Both the position numbers and the translations under genes were made by a program. Under the pieces are notes generated by a model, which saw only the letters and a list, made by a program, of their open reading frames with translations, had not been told where the DNA came from and searched no databases. This document shows positions 9,304 through 19,066 of a DNA stretch of 64,000 nucleotides, piece after piece (within the stretch, counting starts at the first letter, position 1; each line of letters starts with the position of its first letter). The stretch spans positions 240,768 through 304,767 of the forward strand of contig CAWAUM010000007.1 of NCBI GenBank assembly GCA_963785235.1, in the 5' to 3' direction. The DNA comes from an uncultured delta proteobacterium (lineage in GTDB: Bacteria; Desulfobacterota; Desulfomonilia; UBA1062).

Positions 9304-10643
9304 GTGGAAATGGTGCAGGCTTTACCGCAAAGCTCGCCTCGTTCATCTCTCATACGGACGCTGATAAAATCCCGCAGTGGGCGTATGAGCATGCCAAGGT
9401 GGCATTCATGGACTGGCTTGCCGTTACCTTTGCCGGCAAGGACGACCCGTTGGTGGCAAAGCTCATGGACTATACCGACATGATGGGGGGCAATGAGCAG
9501 GCCACCATTATCGGCTATCACCGGAAAAAGGACGTGAGCAGCGCAGCCCTCATCAACGGAAGCGCCTCTCATGCCCTGGATTACGATGACACGCTGGTCT
9601 CCTTCCTGGGGCACCCTTCCGTGACCATCTTCCCGGCCCTGCTGGCCCTTTCCGAGTGGAGGGGCAAATCCGGCCGTGAATTCCTCACCGCCTACCTCAT
9701 CGGCCTGCAGGCCGGAGGCACCGTGGGTGCCTGCGCAAGCCTCGACCATTACATGGCAGGATGGCACGCCACCTCGACTTTGGGGCACCTTGCTTCTGCA
9801 GCAGCGTGCTCGCGCCTGCTTGGCCTGTCCGAGAAACAGACCGTCTATGCCCTGGGCATCGGCGGCACCCAGGCCTCAGGGCTCAAGCGCGTGTTCGGGA
9901 CCATGTGCAAGCCATTCCATGCAGGCCGGGCTTCCCAGTCAGGCCTCATGGCGGCCCTTCTGGCAGAGCAGGGGTTTACGAGCGCCGAGGACATCCTGGA
10001 AGGCCCCCAGGGTTTCTTCGAGGCCCTGAAGGGCAAGGTGAACGAAGATATCGTCGCTATGCTGGGTCTGGGATGGGACGTTCAGAACCTTTCGCAGAAA
10101 TACCATGCGTCCTGCCATGCCACCCATTCACCTCTTGAGGCGGCCCTGACTGTGATCAAATCCGAAAACATCACGCTCGATAATATCAAGACCATCACAG
10201 TCCATGCCTCCACCCTATCCCTGCAGGCGGCAGGCAAGACCGAGCCGGCCACCGGTCTGGAGGGAAAATTCAGCATTTCCTACTGTGTGGCCAATGCCCT
10301 GCTGCGAGGCGTGACAGGCATGCAGGCCTTCACGGACGAGAAGGTGAATGACCCAGCGGTAAGGGAGATTATGAAGAAGATCAAGGTGATCAACGACCCT
10401 GAGATAAAGGCACTGGAATCCCTTGTGGAGGTGGAGACTGGGGACGGTAAAAGGTTCAGTTCCTTTTCAGACATCCTCCAGCAGATCCCGCCCCTGGAGG
10501 TCAAGAAGGAGCGCGTGGCCAGCAAGTTCCTCGATCTGTGCGGGCCTGTGCTGGGGAAGAGGAAATCCCTTGCGCTGAAGAAAAGGATCGAGGCCATGGA
10601 TACGCTTCAGGACATGGGAGATATGGCGGAGAGTCTCTTATGA
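9300..10643 (+). CDS. MmgE/PrpD family protein
   Basis: [47 protein letters not shown]. Confidence 0.9.
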   Translation: MSGNGAGFTAKLASFISHTDADKIPQWAYEHAKVAFMDWLAVTFAGKDDPLVAKLMDYTDMMGGNEQATIIGYHRKKDVSSAALINGSASHALDYDDTLVSFLGHPSVTIFPALLALSEWRGKSGREFLTAYLIGLQAGGTVGACASLDHYMAGWHATSTLGHLASAAACSRLLGLSEKQTVYALGIGGTQASGLKRVFGTMCKPFHAGRASQSGLMAALLAEQGFTSAEDILEGPQGFFEALKGKVNEDIVAMLGLGWDVQNLSQKYHASCHATHSPLEAALTVIKSENITLDNIKTITVHASTLSLQAAGKTEPATGLEGKFSISYCVANALLRGVTGMQAFTDEKVNDPAVREIMKKIKVINDPEIKALESLVEVETGDGKRFSSFSDILQQIPPLEVKKERVASKFLDLCGPVLGKRKSLALKKRIEAMDTLQDMGDMAESLL

Positions 10644-10711
10644 TCATTTGTGCAAGGCAAGATACTGAAGCTTCATTACCATCATTCACTCGGACACAGG
10701 GGGAGCAAGGA

Positions 10712-11751
10712 ATGGAAGAGCGTGTGCTGATCACCGATATTGCCAGGTTCGCCGTGAATGACGGTCCGGGAATTAGGACAAACGTTTTCATGAAAGGCTG
10801 TCCTCTTAAGTGTGCCTGGTGCCACAATCCCGAAACCATTGCAGCAAAGCCCCGAATTATACTGGAAGAGCAGGCTCTGTGTCGCAGTGCGGGGCATGTC
10901 TTGAGGTCTGCCCGAAGGATGCCATCATGCCTCCCATAGCACCCGAGCGCTCAAGCAGCGAAGGCTCAACCTATCACAAGATAAACCGCACGAGGTGCGA
11001 TGGTTGCATGAAGTGCGTGGATGTCTGCAGGTATGAGGCCCTGCAGGTGACGGGTAAAGCCATGGGCATATCCGAGATCCTTGACGAGGTGGAGCGGGAC
11101 AGGCCATTCTACAACAATCGGGCAGGAGGCATGACCGTAAGCGGCGGCGAGCCCACGGCGCATTCTGCATTCACTCTGGAGCTGCTCAAGGGGGCAAGGG
11201 CGCGTTCGATCCACACCTGCCTTGACACCAATGGATACTGCGACTTCAGTGTCTTAAAGGAGATTGCGGAATATACGGATATCGTCCTTTTTGACCTGAA
11301 GCACCTTGACCCTGGAAGGCACCTCGAAAAGACCGGGGTCAATAACAGCCTCATCCTGAAAAACCTTGAACTGCTCTGCGGAACCGGCTCTGAGATCTGG
11401 ATACGCATTCCCGTGGTTCCGGGGTTCAATGACACCATAGAGTTCCATCGGGAGGCATCCGTTTTTCTCGCCTCCCTTGACGGACATGTGACACGCATCG
11501 ATCTCCTGCCGTTCCACAACTGGTGCCAGGATAAGTATTCCTGGCTCGGTATCGACTGGTCATATCGCGAAACAGAAGCCCTGGATCCCTCGTTCCTGGA
11601 GATCCATGCGGACGTCTATCGCCAATATGGCCTTGTGACAACAGTGGGCGGGTCAGGGTTTGAAGACACAGGCACGGCAGCCAAGCCCGGGGAGTACTCG
11701 GAGACTTCGAGCCGTAAAGGCAATATCATAAGCCAGATGGAAAAGGTGTGA
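10712..11751 (+). CDS. assD: Alkylsuccinate synthase activating enzyme AssD/MasG-like (two apparent +1 indels near 10850-10885)
   Basis: [36 protein letters not shown], then (removing two bases) [36 protein letters not shown]; directly upstream of assC/assA. Confidence 0.88.
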
Positions 11752-11807
11752 TGAGTTTAAACATGAAGCCAAAATTAAAAAATGAGCAGTGAAAGGGGGT
11801 GATATTG

Positions 11808-11972
11808 ATGACGTTATGCAAGGAGTGCAAGAAATTTTTTCCCGTACAGGGAGACCCGAAAAAGGGGGATTGCGTTTCAAGAGAGGTTGATCCGAGGCAG
11901 GCCTACTACAAGGCGAAGCCCGTAGTTGCGGATAAGGATGCGAGTTCGTGCTCTTCGTTTGAGAAGAGATGA
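11808..11972 (+). CDS. assC: Alkylsuccinate synthase gamma subunit (BssC/MasC-like), 54 aa, absent from the ORF track
   Basis: My translation: MTLCKECKKFFPVQGDPKKGDCVSREVDPRQAYYKAKPVVADKDASSCSSFEKR; BssC-type CxxCxxFFP..DCV..KP..CxxF pattern; RBS GGGGGTG. Confidence 0.9.
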   Translation: MTLCKECKKFFPVQGDPKKGDCVSREVDPRQAYYKAKPVVADKDASSCSSFEKR

Positions 11973-12045
11973 AAACAGATCAGGGACTGACCAAAAAAGA
12001 TGGAAGTCAGCTGAGAAGTCAAACGGTAACAAGGGAGGAAATATT

Positions 12046-14553
12046 ATGGCAGAGCCGGCAGCGAACATGAGTATAAAGGAACTGGAAAAAAATCAGAAAT
12101 GGTGGTGGGCCGCAGAGAAGAAGCGATCGAAGAGGTTGGATTACCTCAGAAAGGCCATATGGAAAAAAGGGGCGATCGGGGGGATTTATCCCATCGGATT
12201 GAATATCGATCTGGAGCAGGCCAGACTGCATACCGAAAAGGCGCGCGAACTGGAGTTTGCACCTGACCCGTATGTCGTAAAATTTGCCAAGATGTTCGCT
12301 CATTACCTGGATAACAAGACGATCTTCATCACCGATAAGGCCCAGCTCGTGGGCTACGTGGGCAGCCTGCCCAATACGATCTCCTGGAATCCAAGCTTAG
12401 CCTCGATCCTGAATTACGAGGTTATCAATGATTCTTCGGCCATCCCCGAGCCTATGGATGCGAGTCTGAAGATAATCAATGAGGTGGCCGCTTACTGGTC
12501 CGGAAAATCTGATCTGGACAAGATCCTGCCCCACATGGATCTGGACGACATGACAAAGGTCCTCTCCGGTGCAATCGGGTGGGGTGTCCCGCTCTCCAGA
12601 GGTGGTTATTCCGGCAAGGATTACGAGTACATCATGACCGGCCGGCGGGCCTTTTTAGACATCATCGCCGAACTCGACCGCCAGATCGACGAGGCGGACG
12701 CCAAGGTCCATACACAAGGCGCCACCACGGAAATGAGCGATCTGTATGACAAGATGAACATGTGGGAGGCCATGAAGATAACCCTCGAGGCCGGTATCCG
12801 TCATGCTGGGCGCTATGCTCGTCTGGCCAGGATTATCGCGGAAAATTACGAGACCGACAATGACCGCAAGGAAGAGCTCTTACAGATCGCCGAGGCCTGC
12901 GAACAGGTGCCTGCCAGGCCGCCTAGAACACTGCAGGAGTCGCTCCAGTATGACCTCTTCATCCAGCTCTTCAGCCGGACCGAGGCCATCGAGGGCGCCT
13001 GGCCGTCCCGGCCGGACTACTATCACGGGCCGTATTACGACAAGGACGTCAACATCGACAAGCGCCTCACCAAGGAGCAGGCCATGGATCTGGTCGGTGA
13101 GTTCCTGATCCGGGCCGCCGAGGTCTCTCAGTACAAGCCCAAATGTGCCCGGGAAGGGCTTCAGGGAATAGAAGGGACCTGGGTCTGGACTTTGGGCGGG
13201 GTAAACAAGGACGGGAGCGACGCCTGCAACGACATGACGATCGCGCTCTTACAGGCCGCCCGTCTGGTCAGGGTCGCCAATCCGACCTTCAGCTTCCGCT
13301 GGCACCCCAAGGTCAAGGACGAGGTTCTGCGCGAATGCTTTGAGTGCATCCGCCATGGGCTGGGTTATCCCTCCATGCGCAATGATCCGATTCTGATCGC
13401 CAATTCCATGAACTGGCACGGACATCCTATCGAAGAGGCCCGCACCTGGGTGCACCAGGCCTGCATGTCTCCCAGCCCGACCACCAAGCATGGATTTCAG
13501 CCCATGCGCATGGCCAACGCCACAGCCAACTGCGCCAAGATCATCGAGTATGTCATGACCAGTGGCTTTGACCCGGTCATAAACATGCAGATTGGGGCCG
13601 AAACGCCCGATGCTGCCACCTTCACCGATTTCGAGCAGGTGTACGAAGCATGGATCAGCCAGATGAAAACCATCTTCAGTATCCTGGTCCGTCCGGTGAA
13701 CCGGGCCAGAATCCTGGCCTCCAAGTGGACCCCGCGACCGTACCTTTCGGCCATCTCCGAACGCTCGGTCGAAAGCGGCCTGGAAGTTATGGATCCTTCG
13801 ATCAGCCGCGGGAATTCCTGGATAACGGCCTTTACCTGGGTTGAAAACATCGACAGCCTGGCAGCGATAAAAAAACTGGTCTTCGATGACAAGAAATATA
13901 CCATGGCCGAGCTCAAGCAGGCCATCGCCGACAACTGGGAAGGCCATGAGGAGATGCGGCTGGATTTCGTCCGCAATGCACCCAAGTGGGGCAATGACGA
14001 TGACTATGTCGACAACATCATGCTCAGGTGCCTGCGGGATGTGGCCAAGTTCGGACGCGTACTCAAGGACCCAATGGGCAACAACTGGCCGATTCTACCC
14101 GAAAATGTCAGCGGTAATATTCACTATGCCAATATCGTGGGGGCCTTGCCCAACGGGCGCCGGCTGGGAGACGCCCTGTATGACGGCGGCATCTCGCCCG
14201 GGCCGGGGCTCGATAAAAAGGGGCCGACCGCGGTGCTGAATTCGTGTGCCAAGATCGACCATATCTCCGACGGACGGGCCTTCCTCTTGAACCAGAGACT
14301 GTCCCCCACCCAGCTCGCCGGGGAAAAAGGATACCAGCTCTGGAAATCGTACATGAACACCTGGTACGCACTCGGCATGGATCATATCCAGTTCAACTGC
14401 GTGTCGGACGAGACCCTCAGGAGCGCCCAGAGAGACCCGGAGAAGTACACGGAAGTCATCGTGCGGGTTGCGGGCTACAGCGCCCACTTCGTGGATATCA
14501 GCCGCAAGACGCAGGACAACATCATCCAGCGTACGGTGCAGGGACTGGGTTAA
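12046..14553 (+). CDS. assA: Alkylsuccinate synthase catalytic alpha subunit (AssA/MasD)
   Basis: WWWAAEKKRSKRLDYLRKA, FECIRHGLGYPSMRND, WVHQACMSP, PKWGNDDDY, IVRVAGYSAHF; start at MAEPAAN after GGAGG. Confidence 0.95.
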   Translation: MAEPAANMSIKELEKNQKWWWAAEKKRSKRLDYLRKAIWKKGAIGGIYPIGLNIDLEQARLHTEKARELEFAPDPYVVKFAKMFAHYLDNKTIFITDKAQLVGYVGSLPNTISWNPSLASILNYEVINDSSAIPEPMDASLKIINEVAAYWSGKSDLDKILPHMDLDDMTKVLSGAIGWGVPLSRGGYSGKDYEYIMTGRRAFLDIIAELDRQIDEADAKVHTQGATTEMSDLYDKMNMWEAMKITLEAGIRHAGRYARLARIIAENYETDNDRKEELLQIAEACEQVPARPPRTLQESLQYDLFIQLFSRTEAIEGAWPSRPDYYHGPYYDKDVNIDKRLTKEQAMDLVGEFLIRAAEVSQYKPKCAREGLQGIEGTWVWTLGGVNKDGSDACNDMTIALLQAARLVRVANPTFSFRWHPKVKDEVLRECFECIRHGLGYPSMRNDPILIANSMNWHGHPIEEARTWVHQACMSPSPTTKHGFQPMRMANATANCAKIIEYVMTSGFDPVINMQIGAETPDAATFTDFEQVYEAWISQMKTIFSILVRPVNRARILASKWTPRPYLSAISERSVESGLEVMDPSISRGNSWITAFTWVENIDSLAAIKKLVFDDKKYTMAELKQAIADNWEGHEEMRLDFVRNAPKWGNDDDYVDNIMLRCLRDVAKFGRVLKDPMGNNWPILPENVSGNIHYANIVGALPNGRRLGDALYDGGISPGPGLDKKGPTAVLNSCAKIDHISDGRAFLLNQRLSPTQLAGEKGYQLWKSYMNTWYALGMDHIQFNCVSDETLRSAQRDPEKYTEVIVRVAGYSAHFVDISRKTQDNIIQRTVQGLG

Positions 14554-14565
14554 CTCTGGAGGGTT

Positions 14566-14595
14566 AGGGGGGTTGCCGCCCGGGCGACCCCCTTT
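14566..14595 (+). terminator. GC-rich hairpin after assA (weak terminator or mRNA stabiliser)
   Basis: GGGGGTTGCC-GCCCG-GGCGACCCCC followed by TTT. Confidence 0.55.
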
Positions 14596-14622
14596 GAGCA
14601 ATGAGGCAAAGGAGATGTGAAA

Positions 14623-14991
14623 ATGGCAAGAAGAAATCGGGATGAATATGCAAAGGCCTCGGGGGTATTCGGCCGGACGGCGGCTGATCTGGAAAAGCAG
14701 TCGAATGCCGAAACAATCCCTGAAAAGACCTGCGGCGTATGCAAGCATTATCTGGAGAGCTCCTGGTCGAGCGATGGAAGGGGCAGTTGCAAGCAACTGA
14801 AAGAGGGGTCCGATATCACCAGTGATCCCCCCGTCTTCAATCTGGAGGGGAAAAACGGGTACCTGCTGAGAATCCTTACCGATGCCGCCAGGTGCACGTA
14901 TTTCGAAAAGAGTGAATTCATCGATCATGACGGCCAGGAATGCAGTGACCCCATATACCGTCGCTCGATGAGGCAGCTCATGGACAAGTAA
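14623..14991 (+). CDS. assB: Alkylsuccinate synthase small subunit (AssB/MasB-like)
   Basis: ~122 aa; CGVCKHY..DGRGSC..C..ECSDP.YRR; immediately after assA; RBS AAGGAG. Confidence 0.75.
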   Translation: MARRNRDEYAKASGVFGRTAADLEKQSNAETIPEKTCGVCKHYLESSWSSDGRGSCKQLKEGSDITSDPPVFNLEGKNGYLLRILTDAARCTYFEKSEFIDHDGQECSDPIYRRSMRQLMDK

Positions 14992-15027
14992 GGATAATTC
15001 AAACCACAACCAAAGGAGGAAGAGAAC

Positions 15028-15249
15028 ATGAAGTGTATAGAGTGTAATTACGAGGCCCCGGTTGATAAATTCCGTTACCTCTACAACGCCCGGATCGATT
15101 CATCGCTTACGCTGCGGCAGTGTCCCAACTGCCAGGCCTGGCTGGCCGTGGATGAACTGACCAGTTCGGTCAAGCAGAAGGTCGGCCCGGGCGAGGCTCC
15201 CTGGGGCAAGTCGGCCGGTATCGAGGGTCTGGCGGAGAGCGTGCACTAG
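15028..15249 (+). CDS. masE: MasE-like small subunit
   Basis: MKCIEC..KFRYLYNARIDSSLTLRQCPNCQA..VDEL..PWGKSAGIE. Confidence 0.85.
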   Translation: MKCIECNYEAPVDKFRYLYNARIDSSLTLRQCPNCQAWLAVDELTSSVKQKVGPGEAPWGKSAGIEGLAESVH

Positions 15250-15290
15250 GGTGTGGGGCTACCAAGAGGTACCAGAAGAGGGGTGCGGCC

Positions 15291-15632
15291 ATGGATATGA
15301 CCTGTCATGTCTGCGGATATACCGCCAATTATCTTAAGTTCGACTATCTGTGCAAGAACGGGTGTCCGGCGTGCGGTGAATCCGATATGCGGCTTTGTCC
15401 TGCGTGCGGGACCAAATGCGTCTTCTCACGCGCCGAAAGCCTGGAGGGGGAGGAACTCAAGATGCGAGAGCTTTCCGTAAGGCTGGCCGGCATGGTCAGG
15501 AGCCAGGACACGCAGGTCATGGCGGAAGCCAGAAATCTCCTCGAACAGTTGCACGAGATCAATCGGCGCTGGAATATTCCGGCCCTGCACCAATTCTTAA
15601 AGGAGAGGCAGCACGATTTGTTTCCGGAATGA
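15291..15632 (+). CDS. Cys-rich protein, divergent MasE-like N-terminus plus helical C-terminus
   Basis: CHVC..KFDYLC..CPAC..RLCPAC; RBS GAGGGG. Confidence 0.7.
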   Translation: MDMTCHVCGYTANYLKFDYLCKNGCPACGESDMRLCPACGTKCVFSRAESLEGEELKMRELSVRLAGMVRSQDTQVMAEARNLLEQLHEINRRWNIPALHQFLKERQHDLFPE

Positions 15633-15648
15633 TGGGAAGGAGAAAACA

Positions 15649-15957
15649 ATGAAGTGCGTAGAATGCTCTTACGAGGCACCGGTATCCGGTTTTCACTACC
15701 TCTATAACGCAAGGATCGATGCCTCGGTAGTGTTGCGGCAGTGCCCCAACTGTCAGGCATTGATCGCGGTTGATGAGCTCCTGGGGTTCGTAAAACAGAA
15801 GATAGGACCGGGCGAGGCACTCTGGGGCAAATCCTCAGGGATCGAGGGCTCTGCTGAAAAGCCCCGGGCCGGGCGTAGGAAGTTAATCCACAGGGGACCG
15901 TGGAACAAAGATCCGGGCGCCTCCACCCGGATTATTTGTCCCGGTTCCCCATCTTGA
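15649..15957 (+). CDS. masE: Second MasE-like protein with C-terminal extension
   Basis: MKCVECSYEAPVSGFHYLYNARIDASVVLRQCPNCQA.. near-duplicate of 15028-15249. Confidence 0.8.
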   Translation: MKCVECSYEAPVSGFHYLYNARIDASVVLRQCPNCQALIAVDELLGFVKQKIGPGEALWGKSSGIEGSAEKPRAGRRKLIHRGPWNKDPGASTRIICPGSPS

Positions 15958-15978
15958 GTTGTTTTTGTAGAGAAAGGT

Positions 15979-16856
15979 ATGGGCATGAAGAAACTGCATA
16001 GCGTTGAACAAGGGGCTTTCGAGGGCATCGTTACAGTGCCTGTGCCTGAGGAGCACTTTTTCCTCAAGGACGAGACAAAGGCCAACCTCGAGAGGATTCA
16101 AAAACTTTCAGAGCGCCATCCGGTGAACGTGCTGGTGGCGGGCAAGCAGGGCTGCGGTAAGTCCACGCTCGTCCGCCAGTTCGCTGCCAGGAACAACAGG
16201 CCTTTGGCCACGTTCCAGATCGGTATCCTAGCCGAGCCCGGCCAGCTCTTTGGAGAACACCGGCTCAAGGAAGGAGAGACCTATTACCAGGAGTTTCTCT
16301 TTCCCAAGGCCATACAGACCCCCGGCTGCGTCATACACCTTGAGGAGATCAACCGGCCCGAGCACCCCAAGGCGCTGAACATGCTCCTTTCCGTCCTGGC
16401 GGAAGACCGAAGGATCTGGCTCGATGAGATCGGGCACATCAAGGTGGCGGACAATGTGGTTTTTTTCGCGACCTGAACGAGGGCGAAGAATTCATCGGCA
16501 CCGAGATGCTCGATGCAGCGTTGAGGGACCGGTTTTACGTCACCGTGCTCGACTACCTGCCGCCCGAGGTGGAGACCAAGGTCCTCTCCCTGAAGGCAGG
16601 GGTATCCGATGCTGAGGCGCTCACCATCGTGAACGTGGCGAACAAGCTGCGCAGCAACAAGAACGAGCCCATGGTCGTGTCCACCAGGCACTCCCTCATG
16701 ATCGCCGAAATGGTGGGTGTGGGTGCCACGGTGAAGGAGGCGTTCATAGACAGCCTCCAGATGAACCCGGATATCCTGGAGTCGGTCCTGCTCTCGCTCC
16801 ACCTCGAGCTCGGCCTGACGGACAGAGATACAAAGGGCCGGTATCAACTCTATTAG
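15979..16856 (+). CDS. assE: AAA+ ATPase AssE/BssE-like (frameshift near 16472)
   Basis: GKQGCGKS, IHLEEINR, FFAT|LNEGEEFIGTEMLDAALRDRF after restoring one base. Confidence 0.85.
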
Positions 16857-16862
16857 GAGGAT

Positions 16863-18620
16863 GTGGTGCTGATGAGAGATATTTCTGAAAAGGGCATATT
16901 CCATGAGCTTCAGACACTTTCTTCTTTCTGGAGGAAGAACACCTCCACCCAGGAGGCCATAGAGCTTGCCAACCTGTTGAAGTCCCTGCGCAAGGTGGTG
17001 GGTCACCTGGGCCCCAATGCCGGGAGTGTGGAGTATGCAGGCCTGTCGGGCAATGATCCCTCGGCCATCATCATTGACCCGGCATCTGCCATGGGCTCAT
17101 ACCCTGTTGCGGCAAAAAAGGCCGATCTGCTTGTGGGTGAAGTGGTGCATGAGGCCCTGCTCAGGATAGAGTGGAGCGATCGTGTCTGGAAGATCCTGGA
17201 GCCCTCCTTTGTTGAAATGGGCCCCATTGCCCTGGTGAAATTTCAGATGATCGTAAGGACCGCTGAAGACATCTATGTGGACAGTATCCTCGAAGGTTCG
17301 GTCCTGGGAAACTATCTGGCTGCGGCCAGGAGAAAGGAGCTGAGCGGACCCAGGGTTCAATCCATACTCCTTAAGTCGATATCATCATTTGATACACTGG
17401 TCCTCCTGTGGTGGGCCGTTTCATTCGGGGACCATGGATCAATGGTGACCCACAGACATCATGATGCGCCGCTGACAGCACTTATGCGGCTTTCCCGGGA
17501 GATCACCGAACTGAGCAAGGACAAGTCATTCGTCGTTTTCAGGTGCAAGCAGCGCGCACTGCTCTACAAGGAGCTATGGGCACGGATTGAGGCGCAAGTC
17601 CTGGATCTCCCCCTCATCGACAAGAGGCTCAGCTGGAGCCCTGATCAGCAGCAGAACATGGCCATCAGGAATCAGAGCAACGGTTCATCCGGATACCGTT
17701 CACCCAGCCTGAGCCCGGATCTCGCCAATGACATAGAGCTCCATCTCGCCCCAACCTCATCCGACATCACCCCGCTTATCAGAAGGGTCGCAGGCCTTGA
17801 CAGCCAGGAAGTCATCCCCACCTCCCGCTGGGATTATCACATCCCTGCACATCCCATGGTCGACCGCACTCTGGCGGGGAGGATAAGTTCCATATTCCAG
17901 AGTTATTCGGCAAGAGAGAAGTTGATGAACAGGGGTCTCACGAGTGGAAAGCTCGACAGCAGGAGGCTTCACCGGGCGCCTATCACGGGGAGGTGCTTCA
18001 AATACCTCGAATCACGCCCGTCCATGGACTGGAATGTGACGCTCCTTGCAGACGCCAGCGGATCCATGAGGGGGACCAAATGGAGGATGGTGGAGAATAC
18101 GGTTTCCACACTCCACCGGGCATTGAAGGGATATCGGAACAGTCTGTCCGCCTACGCCTATTTCGAGATCGACGGGATCTGCATGGTCTCTTCGCTCATA
18201 AAGGACGACAAGGTGTTCTCGGTGCCCCCGTGCGGGCAGACGGCCTCGGGCCAGGCCATCATTGCGGCCGCCCTGTTCATGCCGAAAAACAAGAGGCGCA
18301 GGCTGCTCATCCACATTACGGACGGCGAGTCCAACATCGGTCTGAATGTCCCTGCGGCCATCGAGTATTGCAGGTCACAAAATATACACCTGGTGACGCT
18401 CGGCTGCGGATGCAGGGACATGAATGCCATGCAGGCCCAATACGGCAACACCATCGAATTCATCGGCGGCTTCAGGATGCTGCCCCAGTCCATAGAACGT
18501 CTGCTGCGGTGGACATTCCTCTACGGGTCCAGGGCCCCGATGCCCGGTGTGAGGTTCGCAGGCGTCATCCGGAAAAAACTCGGCAGCTGTGAAAACCAAA
18601 CTGTCAAAATAGATATGTAG
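16863..18620 (+). CDS. assF: von Willebrand factor A domain protein (AssF/BssF-like partner of the AAA+ ATPase)
   Basis: SGKLDSRRL, DASGSM and ITDGE MIDAS motifs; follows the AAA gene. Confidence 0.75.
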   Translation: MVLMRDISEKGIFHELQTLSSFWRKNTSTQEAIELANLLKSLRKVVGHLGPNAGSVEYAGLSGNDPSAIIIDPASAMGSYPVAAKKADLLVGEVVHEALLRIEWSDRVWKILEPSFVEMGPIALVKFQMIVRTAEDIYVDSILEGSVLGNYLAAARRKELSGPRVQSILLKSISSFDTLVLLWWAVSFGDHGSMVTHRHHDAPLTALMRLSREITELSKDKSFVVFRCKQRALLYKELWARIEAQVLDLPLIDKRLSWSPDQQQNMAIRNQSNGSSGYRSPSLSPDLANDIELHLAPTSSDITPLIRRVAGLDSQEVIPTSRWDYHIPAHPMVDRTLAGRISSIFQSYSAREKLMNRGLTSGKLDSRRLHRAPITGRCFKYLESRPSMDWNVTLLADASGSMRGTKWRMVENTVSTLHRALKGYRNSLSAYAYFEIDGICMVSSLIKDDKVFSVPPCGQTASGQAIIAAALFMPKNKRRRLLIHITDGESNIGLNVPAAIEYCRSQNIHLVTLGCGCRDMNAMQAQYGNTIEFIGGFRMLPQSIERLLRWTFLYGSRAPMPGVRFAGVIRKKLGSCENQTVKIDM

Positions 18621-18635
18621 CAAAGGGGATGTGAG

Positions 18636-19047
18636 ATGAAAATCAGCGAGACCGTGAAGAACTGTTTTGGGGTCGATGGCAGGGCCAACATACTGGCCAC
18701 GTCGGACAAGTCCGGCAAGCGTGAATGTGGCCATGTTCGGCTCGTACCAGCTCATGGATGATTCATCGGTGATCGTCATGCTTGGTGACAACCGGTCTTA
18801 CAAGAACCTCAAAGAGAATCCCCAAGCGGCCTGCATGGTGATGCTGCACGGGAAAACCGGCCTGGCAACCGAGGGCTGCAGGCTCTACATGAAGGTACGC
18901 ACCATGGAGGATGAAGGACAGAAGTGGGTCGAGGTAAGAGAAAAGATCAGGGCCCGCATCGGGGGCGCCGCGGACATGCTCAAGCACCTGGTGTGGTTTG
19001 ACATCGTGGAGGCCCGTCCCATCCTCGACTTCGGGCAGGGGATCTGA
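18636..19047 (+). CDS. Pyridoxamine 5'-phosphate oxidase-like FMN-binding protein (frameshift near 18720)
   Basis: MKISETV..ILATSDKSGK|VNVAMFGS..SYKNLKENPQA..GCRLY. Confidence 0.75.
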
Positions 19048-19066
19048 TGGAGAAAGGAAAAAAGCA

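Noticed and set aside
11926-12045. 40-aa N-terminal extension of AssA in the ORF track
   Set aside because: Overlaps the real assC gene; a strong RBS precedes ATG 12046.
16474-16476. TGA in assE as selenocysteine or programmed frameshift
   Set aside because: The protein continues in another frame after a one-base loss; consistent with the window-wide indel errors.
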